From contig JBHGNT010000003.1 in assembly GCA_043228905.1 (NCBI GenBank), positions 15,438,001 through 15,502,000 of the forward strand: a DNA stretch of 64,000 nt, read 5' to 3'. How positions within the stretch are numbered: position 1 is the stretch's first letter; each line of letters opens with the position of its first letter. The notes below the pieces were generated by a model, which saw only the letters and a list, made by a program, of their open reading frames with translations, was not told where the DNA came from and did no database searches. Positions 40,588-53,754 of the stretch are shown here, piece after piece. Position numbers and translations under genes: made by a program. Origin of the DNA: Azolla caroliniana (Eukaryota; Plantae; Polypodiophyta).

Positions 40588-40955
40588 GCATTGTTACTGT
40601 CTGGTTATGTAATCTATGTATATGTGACTATGGTGCGTGTGCACAAGTATGTATGTGAATGTATATGTAATGTGTGTGTAGCGTTATGCACGTGCGTATA
40701 TCTGCATGCATGTAAAATGTATGTCTGTATATGAATGCATGGCTCTGGCTATGCCCTACCTGAAGAGCTGCGGCCCAAAGGATTATGAAGCCCCCAGCAA
40801 CCATACGCTTGTCCATGAGATGAGCTCTGCTGCTCTCTGCGAAGATGCTCTTTCTCTTCAACGCTCTAAACCAGCGTCATGTGAATGACACACATACAGA
40901 AAAATCAAAGCAGAGACCCTCCCCTCTCCTTCCCTGTTTCGGAAGGAGCAGAGCA

Positions 40956-40983
40956 GTCTAGTCTAGTCTAGTCTAGTCTAGTC
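40956..40983. repeat. (CTAGT)n microsatellite
   Basis: gtctagtctagtctagtctagtctagt. Confidence 0.9.
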
Positions 40984-41202
40984 TCCAAGAGAGTTAAGGA
41001 GGTAGAGGGGGCGGGCGATTTCACATAACATCCTCCTCTTATTGTCCACAAAACATATACATACATACATAGAATGAACCATTCTTATCATACGTGCATT
41101 CGCATTCGCGAATGATTCAATAATACGTGTATGGTAAATCATCTTAACGTTGGATTGGATACATAAGAATGGTATTGATTGAATCACATATAATAGGTTT
41201 CA

Positions 41203-41358
41203 ATACTTTAGAAATTATTAAAGTACTAAACATTAGAAAGAGAGAAAAAGAGGGAGACAGAGCAAGAGAGTGGCAGGTAGTTTTAATACTTTAGAAATGC
41301 TTAAAATACTAAACATTAGAAAGAGAGAGAAAGAGGGGGACAGAGCAAGAGAGTGGCA
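41203..41358. repeat. two-copy ~83-bp direct repeat
   Basis: aatactttagaaat...ctaaacattagaaagagaga...gacagagcaagagagtggca occurs twice. Confidence 0.8.
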
Positions 41359-43348
41359 AGTGTTATGAGCTAAAGCTTCAACTTCTATGGCAGTATTCCC
41401 AAGACCATTCACTTCCTTCTCTTCGTCGTCCTCGGATTCTTCATATTTTTCTGATCATCGCCATCATCGTGATGACTCTGATTCTGATTTTGTTTTTGAG
41501 GATCACCATGGTCTATGATTATCATTCATCTGATTATGAGGATCACCATGACTATGATTCATCTGATTCTCGTCGACATGGTGGATCAAGCTTTTGTTCT
41601 TCTTGCTCATCATCACGGTGTTCTTGAGATTAATGTTGGCTCTGAGCATGTCCCTAGCTCTAAGGATCTCCTCCCTCATCCTCTCCACGATCATGAGCCA
41701 CACCTACTGCCCAGATCTCCCCATCGCTCCCCATGAATTATACTGAGGAGGCTGAGATGTAGCAGAAACCATGGATCACTGCATCCATGGCCTGACGGCA
41801 GAGTCGTTGTAAAGAAGAATGCCATAGCCATACCCGAAGACACAATAGAATCGTGGGAGAAATCATGGTCACCAAGATATGGCGGATGAGTGGCGTTCTG
41901 ATCATGAGTAGCAAAAGAAGATTCATGAGGAGGAGGAGAGAGAGAGAGAGAGAAGTAAAAAAAAGTTAAAAAAGTAAAAAAAAAAGGAACACGTATTTTT
42001 CCCCTTTCCAACATGTTCATTTCCAAATGTATTCAAACGTTTGAATGCTACCACGAACACGAATATTACGTTCTATGCATACATACATACATAATACTAT
42101 CACAACACAAGAAAGACATGTACTATGAATTTATGTATGTATGTATGTATGTATGGCTTGTGTCTAACTGCTACCAAATATTAAAGAGGGCAAGTGAGGG
42201 AAGTTACTTAGCTGAGGGCGCATGCGATTTGCATCCTCCGATGTGGATAAAAAAATGTGAGTGCTCAAAATTTCACTTTATGGGGAGCTCGAAGAGCCCG
42301 ACTCACCTAAAACAAGAGGCCGAGGAGTTCGACTCACATGAAGCAGGAGCCTGAGGAGCCCAACTCTGACCCATATGTATAAATTGTGGTCTAGGAAGAG
42401 AAATTTGAAATTTTATTTTTGTGGTGAGCGAGGGCATGGAAAACAGAGAAGATGACTACACAAATTGAAACCCTAGCAAACGGTTTAAGTTTTTAGGGTT
42501 TACGTTGCTGCTAATGATTCTCTCTACTAGGTATTTCTCTGATAGGACTATTTCTTGTAATAACATAGTCAACAATGTTGATGGAAACAACACATGAAGG
42601 GACCGTCATGTCTCAAATTTTGGGACAAGCCAAAAGGTTGGGTATAGTTGAACAGTTATACTTGTGCCTTTCAAGTACAGGTTCAAATCTTACTTCAGGT
42701 TCTTGTTCTTCAACACCTATTGTTACTAAATCTTGCAAAGTTATGTGGGGTCTTCTTAAGAAACTCAATATTTGGGTTCAAAATCTAGATTTTCTTTAGT
42801 TACACGGGTTTGGATCTCCCATTGTCCTTGGTGTTACAACTTTTTGATTTGACCTAATATAACTGTCAATAATCACTCATGTGATTTACAGATTCTATTA
42901 AGATGTATGCCATCACTAGTACTGTGCAAATGTACTCTCAGGTAATCTAAGTTTTACTAATTAGACTTCTCCCATGTAATGATTTCAATCGTTTATTGAC
43001 GTGCTCATCTCTCTGACTAAAGCATGTGAATAAAGTTAAGTTTCCACTTGTTCTGATGGCATGGCACAGGGTTAGTTTCAAACGATAGTGATCAATCTTA
43101 GCAAGATTTGGCATGTTTGGACGAGTTGCACCCTCCAAATGACTTTGTTGCCCGACATGAGCGATGAAGAGTGGAATTATTTTTTGAGTTGTTTCAATGG
43201 TTATTTGGATGAAGTACTAACAACTAGATGTCCCCAAAATCTGAATTATAGGTTGAAGCTTGGAACTTCTTGTCAATTTTGATGTGGAGCCAATTTTCTC
43301 TTGATTAAGCTCTTTTTCATTAGTTATTTATGAGAGGAAAATTTTGAG

Positions 43349-43521
43349 CTTGTTGACATGTATTCTCAATATCATGATGCCTATGCTACAAGGATAATGT
43401 TTAATAAGTTGCAAAAACAAAATAATGTTTCATGTAGTGCATTTGTTTCAGGATATACACTATAATTGTGGATGTGAAGCCATACAAGTCTATAAGGATA
43501 TGTGTCATGCAGGATACAACC
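43349..43521 (+). pseudogene. PLS-class pentatricopeptide repeat fragment
   Basis: LVDMYSQY...RIMFNKLQKQNNVSCSAFVSGY then (frameshift) EAIQVYKDMCHAG follows the PLS-PPR consensus LVDMY.KCG...ARxVFDKL...VVSW.ALI.GY...EA...M...G. Confidence 0.65.
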
Positions 43522-44600
43522 TTATTTAGTCATACTTGAGCCATAAATGTTTTCTTCTAATGAAGTCTTTTTGAAATTCTGATGATTTTGAGTCATAATT
43601 TGGCTGAAGATTGATGCTAATTTATCCTAATTTCTGCATAATGGCAGATCTAGACTGCAAACGTGAGGAGATCAGACAACATTTTAGATCATTGTTACTT
43701 AGTTGTGATGACATTCGAATGTTTCAATACAGAACTTCGCCACATTTAATGGAAGGATTCCTTAACAACTGCATGGAGAAGAATCTTATTAGGTTCGAAG
43801 AAGACCGAGTAGACTTGACACGGATATGTGTTTATGTAAAGGTAGCATAGACGAATATGAGACTCCTTAGAGTTCTCAAATTTCTCATCGTATGTAGTTG
43901 AAATCAGAGATTGCATATTTGATCTAGTGACTATACTTGTACAAATCTTGTTTAATCTCAACCGATTTTGGTAGCTCCTCTAATTCTGGTCTCTAGGCTG
44001 ATATGGCCTTCATTTCGATTTCTTCTGTTTTGTGTACTCACACAAATCACAATACAACAAACTATTTTCCTTCAATTTGTTGTTTTGTATTATGGTCTAA
44101 TTATATCGTTTGGTTTCTTCCATGGTTCAAAGAATTACTTTTTTTGATATTTTTTCTTAAAATTTCTATTGAGTATAGGATTTAGTGAGAAGAAAGTTGT
44201 GAAAGGGAAAGTTTCGAGTAAGATACTTTGAAATCATCACTATTCTATTTGGCACAAGTAGCTTTCCATTGGTCTTTGGTAGAAAATGTCATGTTAACAA
44301 CTCCCTCATTGTTTAATTAATATCCTTCTGGATTACCACCTACCTTTGAAATTGATCAACACACATAATTAACAATGGTACTCTACCAATTTAAAATGTT
44401 ACGATCGGGTCATTGTGTGTGTAAAATGAAATGTTGTTGGAAGTCTAAGTCCTTCCCATTCTTGGTATCTTGTGGTCATACTATTCTATTTATTTATTTA
44501 ACTTCTATTCATTAATTTAGTAGTGTTAGGACAACTATATACAAGTGTAATCCCTATTGATTGGTGAAGTTGGCAAAAGGAAGTCATACATTCTTGTCCA

Positions 44601-47600
44601 TGATGAGATGGGATCGTAAAGCAGTGAGGAAGATATGCTGAAATGTACAAACAGAATGCGAAAACAACAAAATGGACAAATACACAGTACAGTGCACACA
44701 ATTTTACGTGGAAAACCCTAAACGGGGAAAAAAAAACCACAGGGACAGAGATCCATTATATTAAAGAATATACAGAGATAAAACAGATTACAACACTCTT
44801 CACACAGAGCGTATCAGCCTCACAGGGCTCTTGGCGTCATAGTTATGGCCCCTGTGTGTGTGTGTGTGTGTATGTGCGCTTCTCACACACACAGTCTACA
44901 ACGCGTCATAATGTTCTATTCAACACTACTATGTTCTCTCTCTATGTTACACATTATGTTTGCCCTAAGTGTATTTATACTTATACACTTTATGGGCTAT
45001 TTACAAATGTAGCCTCTACTATTATAATTCCTATTATTATAGTAATAACAGTAGCAGTTAATCAACCGATTGGTCAGCTAGTCGATTTGACTAGTTGACT
45101 CCTGTGTCAACTATCCTATCAGCCTGACAAATCGACTAGCTGACTCCTGTGTCGACTATCCTATCAGCCTAACTAATCGGCGTTGTCGTCAACCATCCGG
45201 TTGGCCAGTCGATCTAGTCTTCGACTTGTATCATCTACTGTCGACTCTCCATGTCTTTGATTGTCAACTCTCATCTGGACCAGTCGGCTACTCCTTGTCT
45301 TCGAATGTCGGCTCTTGCTCATCCAAACAATGGGCTCAGCCAAACAATCGGGAGTCAACTAGTCCTATCTCTTGTCGATAGACTCTGAGTTTGTCCATCG
45401 GTAGGTTCTTCGTGAGCATATCGGATCTATTGTTATCAGTATAGATCTTTACAAGGGTAAATTCCCCGTCATCCACTTTTTCCCGCAATTAGTGATACCT
45501 CCTTTGTATGTGCTTGGTCCGAGAGTGATATGCAACGTTCTTGGCTAGATGTATGGCACTCTGATTATCATAGTGAAGTAGGAACCTCTCTTGCTTCATT
45601 CCTAGTTCACTGAGGAAATTCTTCATCCAAATAAGCTCTTTGTTGGCCTCTACCATTGGCATATATTCTACCTCTGTGGTCAATAGAGCCACAGACTTCT
45701 ACAATCTTGACTACCACGACACTACTCCCCATGCATAGGTCATCACGTACCCTAAGGTGGATTGACTTGAGTCTACATCCCTCAACATGTCCGAGTTGGT
45801 AAAACCTTCGAGTATAGGTTTTCCGACACCATACCTAAGGCATACCTTTGAGGTGCCTTTTAAGTACCTAAGTATCCATTTGATAGTTGCCCAATGTTCT
45901 CTTCCTAGATTACTCATGTATGGGCTTACTGCTCCCACAACAAATGCTATGTCTAGTCTCATACAGACCATAGCATACATTAAACTGCCGACGGTTGAGG
46001 CATATGGTACTTTCCTCATCTCGGTCTTCTCCTTCTCGCTCTTCGGGCATTGTTTGGCATTCAGCCTGTAGTTTGTCGGCAATGCCAAATTGACCAGCTT
46101 TGCTTCTGACACGTTGAATCTTTCTAGGACCTTTGTCACATACTTCTCTTGTGACACCCATAGCACTTTCTTAGTTCTATCCCGAACTATGTGCATCCCC
46201 AAAATCTGTTTGGCTGGCCCAAGATCTTTCATGGCAAATGACTTGCCTAATGTTTTCTTCAAGCTCACGATCCTCTTCATGTCTTGTTCGACTATCAACA
46301 TGTCATCCACATATAATAGGAGAATCAAGAAGTCACCTTCATCGTATCTTTTGACGAACACAAAGTGATCTGCCTGTGTTTTGTGGAACTTGTGTTCCAG
46401 CATGAAGTATGCGAACTTCTTGTACCATTGGCGTGGAGCTTGTTTCAAACCATACACACTTTTCTTCAGTCGACACACCAGGTTCTCTTTTCCTTTCTCC
46501 TCAAAGCCTTCGGGCTGATGCATGTAAATCTCCTCGTCTAACTCCCCATGCAAGAATGTTGTCTTGACATTCAATTGTTCAATATCCAAATCCATATTGG
46601 CAGTTATGCTCAGAACAGTTCGGATGGATGTCATCTTCATGACTGATGCAAATATTTCGTCAAAATCGACACCCTTTTTCTGTTGAAACCCCTTCACCAC
46701 AATGCGGGCTTTATATCTAGGTGTGCTCTCGACTTCTCTAGTTTTTACCTTGTAGACCCACTTGTTTCCGAGTGCTCTCTTCCCTTTTGGCACCTGAACT
46801 AGGTTGTAGGTGTAATTCTCATGCAAGGAGTCCATCTCATCTTGCATTGCACTCATCCATTTCTCTTTGTGCTTGTGAGCTATGGCCGCATCATAGCACT
46901 CAAGCTCACCTTCATCAGTCAAGAGGATGTATTGACTGGCATACGTAGTCGGTGCTCTCCTTTCTATAAGTGGGTATCTCCATCCACCTGTAGTCGACTT
47001 TGGTTCGGATGTCTCTACCGACTCTTCTCTTGGCTCAGGTTCATACATGTCGATCAGTTGCTCAGGGTTGGCCGATTCCGACTCGTGTTCCTCGATCGAC
47101 TTCAATAGGGCTTCCAATTCCGACTCATATGTATTGGTCGGTTGCTCCGAGTCGACCGACTCAGATTCGGCTGTGCCGACTGGCTATCTCCGAACAACCG
47201 ACTGGTCTTAAGTCAGTGGTAGTGGGAATCGACTGGGAAGTTGATTTCGACTTCTGTTGCTTCCAGTCCTCAATCATCTTGTCTTCCAAGAAGACTACAT
47301 CCTAACTCCTCACTACTTTCTTGTCGATTAAGTCCCACAACCTGTAGCCGAACCCGTCCTCCGAGTACCTAAGAAATATGCATGGTTTCGACTTACTGTT
47401 GAGCTTCGACCTTTCATTCTTAGACACATGCATATACACCAAACATCCAAACATCATCAGGTGTCAGTAGGAGAATTCCTTTCCTGTCCACACCCTCTGT
47501 GGGACATCACCTTTCAATGGTACTGAGGGAGACCTATTGATTAGATAAACAATTGTATACATCGCCTCAACCCAATATGATTTCGACAGCTTTGCATGCG

Positions 47601-48094
47601 ACAACATGCTCCTTACTCTCTCCATAATCGTCCAATTCATCCTATTTGCAAGCCCGTTCAAGTCAAGGTCTTCGGCACTATGTATTCGATTCGAATACCT
47701 TGGGCCTTGTAGTATTCTTCAAACTGCCCTCTATATTCACTACCATTGTCGGTTCGGACAACCTTCAACTTCCGACTCGACTCTCGTTCTGCTCTAGCTT
47801 GGAACTCCTTAAAGAACGACCGTATTTGGTCCATTGACTTTAGTACGAAAGCCCACAACTTCCGATTGTAGTCGTCAATGAATGTTATGCAGTACTGTCC
47901 ACCTTGATGCGATGGAGCATCTACATAGCACACATCTGTGTGTACTAGTTCCAACTTCTCTTCTCCTTGGCGGTCTCGAGTGGAATGCAACTCTATTATG
48001 CTTTCCGACTAGGCAATCGACACACTTGTCTAAGTATACTTTCACTTCTAGAAGAAGAATCTGGTAAACAAGGATATGCATTCCCTTTTCACTT
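44601..48094 (-). mobile_element. older 5'-truncated Copia related to the young element (3' LTR ~44601-45346; INT-RT-RNase H pseudogene)
   Basis: VRTDNGSEY, YVDDMLIVE and YHSRTKHIQRRYH with stops and frameshifts. The LTR shares cgtggaaaacccta and gccctaagt..ggctatttaca blocks with 48451-49045. The PPT appears deleted. Confidence 0.85.
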
Positions 48095-48450
48095 TGTTGG
48101 GAAGCGGGTCCCTCCGGACGGGATCCGGATGAGAACTGGATGAGCCAGAGCAAACAAGGTGAAGGAAGTAATCGAACCGGACGGATCCGTAAGGTATCCG
48201 GATGGACATATTTGTAATTATGTTCAGATGTGACTATTGAGGTCATATTTGTAAATATACCTAAAGTTATATAAGTATAAATATAACTAGGGAAATAGTG
48301 TAAGAAAAAGTAGTAGAAGACTTGTAAAAGATATTGTGAGGAAGCTAAGACAAAACCGGCTAGTCCGGATAACAGCAGAACACAGGACTGAGGTTTAATA
48401 GAAACCTTCATGGCACAGGAGAGATAGAGTTAGAGAGACAGCAGAACAAT
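48095..48450 (+). mobile_element. LTR of a third related Copia, in opposite orientation, interrupted by the young element
   Basis: Starts TGTTGGGAAGCGGGTCCC, like the young LTR TGTTGGGATTACGGTCCC, with a homologous TATA region. It continues after 53759 into a short + strand integrase piece (KLKAIRTDNGGE). Confidence 0.6.
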
Positions 48451-51400
48451 TGATGGAAAAATAATCGAAACTTTCCAAACTTCACCTCTCGGCCACAACC
48501 AAGGAAAACACACGAATCGTTGTTGCAGAAAATGGGAGACGCAGTGGACACACGATTTATCGTGGAAAACCCTGTACGGGAAAAACCACGGGAGTACCAG
48601 ACTCCGAACCAAAACTATGCACAGAGAAATATACAATGGCGAGCTGCAAGGCGACGACCTTGAGCTCGCTGTCCTCGCCACAGGCGGCGGAAATACACAG
48701 AGGCGTCGACCTCTTCCTCTCTCACGCTCTATCTCTCTCACGGCTGCTCTCTCTTCACTCCTCTTGAGTGGAAAAACAGAAAAATGAGTAGCTACATTAA
48801 AACTGTTTGCCCTAAGTCATATTTATACACATATGACTTTGGGGCTATTTACAACTATAGCCTCAAGGGCCCTTAGCAAACATATTCACGGATATGTCCC
48901 CGCATCCGGATCTCTCTCCGGGTACATTCGTCATCCGGCTCCGAAGCCGGGGTCTTCATCATCCGGTTCCGAAACCGAAACCGGGCTTGTCGGCATTCAT
49001 CTCCGACATCCGACCATCCCATCCGAAGGGACCGTAATCCCAACAAACTCCCCCTTCACTTCGGCATGGGATGTCTTTCCAATCCGATCCTCTTCCGGCA
49101 TGCTTCCAGCTTGTCGGGTGTGAGCACCTTGGTCAGCATATCCGACCCGTTCTCGTCCGTGTGGACCTTCGTCAGCACGAACTCCTTGTCTTCTATTCTT
49201 TCCCGGATCCAGTGATATCTTCGCTGGATGTGCTTCGTCCGGGAGTGATAGGCCGCGTTCTTCGCAAGGTGGATTGCACTCTAACTGTCGCAGTAGAGTC
49301 GGTACTCCTCCTGCCGGATACCGAGCTCTCTAATGAAGTCCTTCATCCATATTATTTCCTTGCCGGCTTCAACAGCCGCCATGTACTCCGCCTCCGTGGT
49401 TGACAACGCAACCGTCTTCTGCAGCCTCGACTGCCATGAAACAGCCCCCCCTGCATACGTCATCACATACCCTGATGTGGACCGGCTGGTATCTGCATCA
49501 GCCGACATATCCGAATCGGTGAAGCCGTCAAGTTCGGGCTTACCGGAGCCGAATCGGAGGCACACGTTTGCCGTGCCCTTCAGGTATCGGAGTATCCACT
49601 TGGCCGCGTTCCAATGCTCTTTGCCGGGATTGCTCATGTACCGGCTCACCACTCCGACTGTATATCCAATGTCCGGTCTTGTACACACCATTGCGTACAT
49701 CAAGCTTCCGACGGCAGAGGCATATGGCACTTTCATCATGTCCTCCTTCTCAGCCTTTGTCTTGGGGCTTTGCTTGCTGGACAGCTTGCAGTTTGCCGGG
49801 AGGGTCGATCTGACCGGTCTTGCTTCCGACATGTTGAACCGTTTGAGCACCTTTGTCACGTACTTCTCCTGTGACAGCCACAACTGCTTCTTGCTCCGGT
49901 CCCAAATGATGTGCATCCCTAGTATTTGTCTCGCCGGACCCAAGTCCTTCATTGAGAAGGTTCGGTGAAGAGCCTTCTTCAGCATCCGTATCTTGACCTG
50001 GTCCCGTCCGACGATCAGCATGTCGTCTACGTACAGGAGGAGTATTAGAAAGTCTCCTCCTTCGAACTTCTTCACAAACACGCAGTGGTCGGACTGCGTT
50101 TTGAGGTACCCTTCGTCGGTCATGAAGGAGTCGAACTTCCGGTACCATTGCCGGGGAGCCTGCTTCAGACCGTAAAGGCTCTTCTTCAACCGGCATACCA
50201 GGTGCTCCTTCCCTTTCTTCTCGAATCCTTCCGGTTGCTGCATGTAGATCTCTTCTTCGAGGTCACCGTGAAGGAATGCCGTCTTCACGTCCATCTGTTC
50301 TACCTCGAGGTCCATGCTTGCCGCTATGCTCAGCACCGTTCGGATGGAGGTCATCTTCACTACCGGGGCAAATATCTCGTCGAAGTCGACGCCCTTCTTC
50401 TGCTGAAACCCCTTCACCACGATCCTGGCTTTGTATCTCGGGGGGTTTCCGGCATCTCCCGGTTTCAGCTTGAACACCCACTTGTTTCGAAGTGCCCGCT
50501 TTCCTTTCGGCAACTCCACAAGTTCATATGTGTGGTTCTCATGCAGGGAATCCATCTCGTCCTGCATGGCACTCAGCCACCTGCGGCTATGGGTGTCATG
50601 CTTCGCTTCTTCAAAGCTCTCCGGCTCCCCCTCGTCGGTTAGCAGCACGTGCTCTGGTTCCGGAAATCTCCGGGGGGCCCTTCTCTCTCTTAGAGGATAT
50701 CTCCGTTCCGGAGCTTCGGTAACCGGTTCTTCCGATTCTTCTTCATCCGAATCCATTTCGGGATCGGGGCCGGTTCCGGTATCATTTTCATCTTCTTCGG
50801 CCGGTTCTGTTTCTTCACCGTCTTCGGCCGGATCTTCGAGTGTTAACCGGTCCCTTGCCGGTCGGGACTGCTCCTCGTAGAGTTTATCCTCACCGGTCGA
50901 CTTGGAGCTCTTCATCTTCTTCTCCGACTCCCAGTCGGCGAGTGTCTTGTTCTCTATGAAGATGATATCACGACTCCGGAATATCTTCTTGTCGACCGGG
51001 TCCCATACTCGGTAGCCGAACTCGTCATCGCCGTAACCGAGGAATATGCATGGCCGGGTCTTTGGATCTAGCTTTCCTCTCCGGTCCTTAGCCACATGCA
51101 CATATGCGAGACACCCAAACACCTTCAGATGCCGGTAGGATACTTCCCTACCGGTCCACACTCTCTGCGGCGTGTCTCCGTCCAAAGGTACTGAGGGTGA
51201 TCTGTTTATCACGTATGTCGCCGTCGACATCGCCTCAGCCCAAAACCCCTTGGGTAATTCCGCATGTGCCAGCATACTCCGGACCCTCTCCATTATGGTC
51301 CGGTTCATCCTCTCGGCCAGCCCGTTCAGTTCCGGCGTCTTCGGCACAGTAAACTCGAGTCGGATTCCCTTCGAGCGACAGTACTCCGCGAATTGCCCCC

Positions 51401-53754
51401 GGTATTCCCCTCCGTTGTCCGCTCGTATCGCTTTCAGCTTCTTGCCGGATTCCCTTTCCACTCTCGCGTGGAGTTCTTTGAAGACGCACAACACTTGGTC
51501 CTTTGTCTTCAGCGGTGCCGTCCACAGTTTTCGGCTATGATCATCTATGAATGTTACGAAGTATTGGGCTCCGCCATGTGACTTCGTTTCTACCTGACAC
51601 ACATCAGTGTGCACCAACTCCAATGGTGCGCTACGTCTCGTCGGTGGCCTTGAGTGGAAGGAGGTTCGGTTCTGCTTACCGGCCAGGCAATCGGTGCACT
51701 TCTCCAGGTGCACATGCTTCACTGGAATAAGGTTGTCTTCTGCAAGCCTCTTCATCCCCTTCTCACTCATGTGGCACAGTCTCTTGTGCCACAGCTCACC
51801 GGCAGTGTCGGCTGCCACGTTCAACTCTTCCGGACACAACCGGGCATTCATAAGGTACAGTGTGTTGACTTTCCGGGCCCGAGCCACTATCAGGCTCCCC
51901 TTGCTGAACTTCATTACGCCGTTCCGGATGCTACCTGTGTAGCCTTCATCGTCTAGCCTCCCGGCCGAAATCAGGTTCAATCGAACCTCCGGAACGTGTC
52001 GGACATCCTTCAGCAGCATTTTGCATCCGGTCGAGGTTGTCAACCACACGTCTCCTATGCCGGCAATCCGGCACGTACCTTCATTTCCCATCCGAACACA
52101 GCCATGCTCACCGACTGTGTAGGATGAGAAGTATCTTCTCTCCGGGGTCAGGTGGAACGATGCTCCGGAATCGACCACCCAGGTCGTCTCATCGCCGGCA
52201 ATGTTTAGTTCACCTTCTTCGGTGATGAGCATGATTTCTTCCTCACTTGCCGCGAGTGCCGTCGTTCCTTTCCGGTCCTGCCCTCGCCGATCCGGACCTC
52301 TCCGGTCCGTGACTCCCCGGTATGCACCGTTTCTCTCCGGTGACTTCTTCGAATCGGTGTCGTCGGCTCCGTTGTCCTTTCGGTAATGCCGACAATTCTT
52401 CCGGAAGTGCCCCGGCTTCCCACAGTGGAAGCATGTGGGTCTTCCTCTTGACTGCGACCGGGTCCCCGACTTCTCCCGTCTTTGCGGACTCCGGTTCCAT
52501 TGTCTTCCCCGTTCCGATTCGGTAAGCAGCGCCTTCGAGTCGGAGGCCGGTTCTTTATCTCTCCGACGCGCTTCTTCGTTCAAAATACTTGTCTTTACCG
52601 TTTGTAGGGACAAGTTATCTTCCGTGCAGGAGGTGCTGAGAGTCACCACCAAGTTCTCCCAGCTTTCCGGCAACGTACACATCAGAATGATGGCTTGCAT
52701 TGCATCCTCCAGCGGGAACTTGATCGCCGCAAGCTGGTTCACGAATCCCATGAACGTGCTTACGTGTTCCACCATACTCTCGCTGTCCCGGTACTTGAGG
52801 TTCACAATCTTCCTCATCAGGGAGGTCCGGTTCAACGCATTCTTCCTCTCGTAGAGGCCCGATAGCTTCCGCCACATCTCATATGCGTTGATGTCGTTCG
52901 CCACATGTTGTAGAACGCTCACATCGACGTATTGCCGAATGGTTGCAACGGCTTTCCGGTTCAGAAGCCTCCATTCCGACTCAAGTACCCCCTTCGGTAT
53001 TTCCGACCTGTCAATCGGTTCGTACAGGTCCCGAACAATCAGAAGATCCTCCATCTTGATCTTCCAGTCGGCGTAATTCTGCGCATTCAGCACCATCATC
53101 CCCGGCTGCCCGCTGCCGCCGCCTTCCATTTTCTGCAGCAGCCCGCTCTGATACCAAATTGATGGAAAAATAATCGAAACTTTCCAAACTTCACCTCTCG
53201 GCCACAACCAAGGAAAACACACGAATCGTTGTTGCAGAAAATGGGAGACGCAGTGGACACACGATTTATCGTGGAAAACCCTGTATGGGAAAAACCACGG
53301 GAGTACCAGACTCCGAACCAAAACTATGCACAGAGAAGTATACAATGGCGAGCTGCAAGGCGACGACCTTGAGCTCGCTGTCCTCGCCACAGGCGGCGGA
53401 AATACACAGAGGCGTCGACCTCTTCCTCTCTCACGCTCTATCTCTCTCACGGCTGCTCTCTCTTCACTCCTCTTGAGTGGAAAAACAGAAAAATGAGTAG
53501 CTACATTAAAACTGTTTGCCCTAAGTCATATTTATACACATATGACTTTGGGGCTATTTACAACTATAGCCTCAAGGGCCCTTAGCAAACATATTCACGG
53601 ATATGTCCCCGCATCCGGATCTCTCTCCGGGTACATTCGTCATCCGGCTCCGAAGCCGGGGTCTTCATCATCCGGTTCCGAAACCGAAACCGGGCTTGTC
53701 GGCATTCATCTCCGACATCCGACCATCCCATCCGAAGGGACCGTAATCCCAACA
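48451..53754 (-). mobile_element. very young full-length Ty1/Copia LTR retrotransposon
   Basis: 595-bp LTRs at 48451-49045 and 53160-53754 (2 substitutions seen); perfect TSD ACAAT; PBS TGGTATCAGAGC at 53145-53156; PPT AGTGAAGGGGGAG at 49048-49060. Confidence 0.97.
49056..53129 (-). pseudogene. Copia gag-pol polyprotein, intact except one TAG in RNase H at 49281-49283
   Basis: CFHCGKPGHFRKNC, WVVDSGASFH, IRADNGGEY and YVDDMLIVG. The frame continues after the TAG as SAIHLAKNAAYHSRTKHIQRRYHW to TGA at 49056. Confidence 0.93.

Noticed and set aside
53130-53450. N-terminal extension of the 1389-aa Copia ORF
   Set aside because: It runs through the LTR and PBS from a non-ATG start. The likely start is the ATG at 53129.
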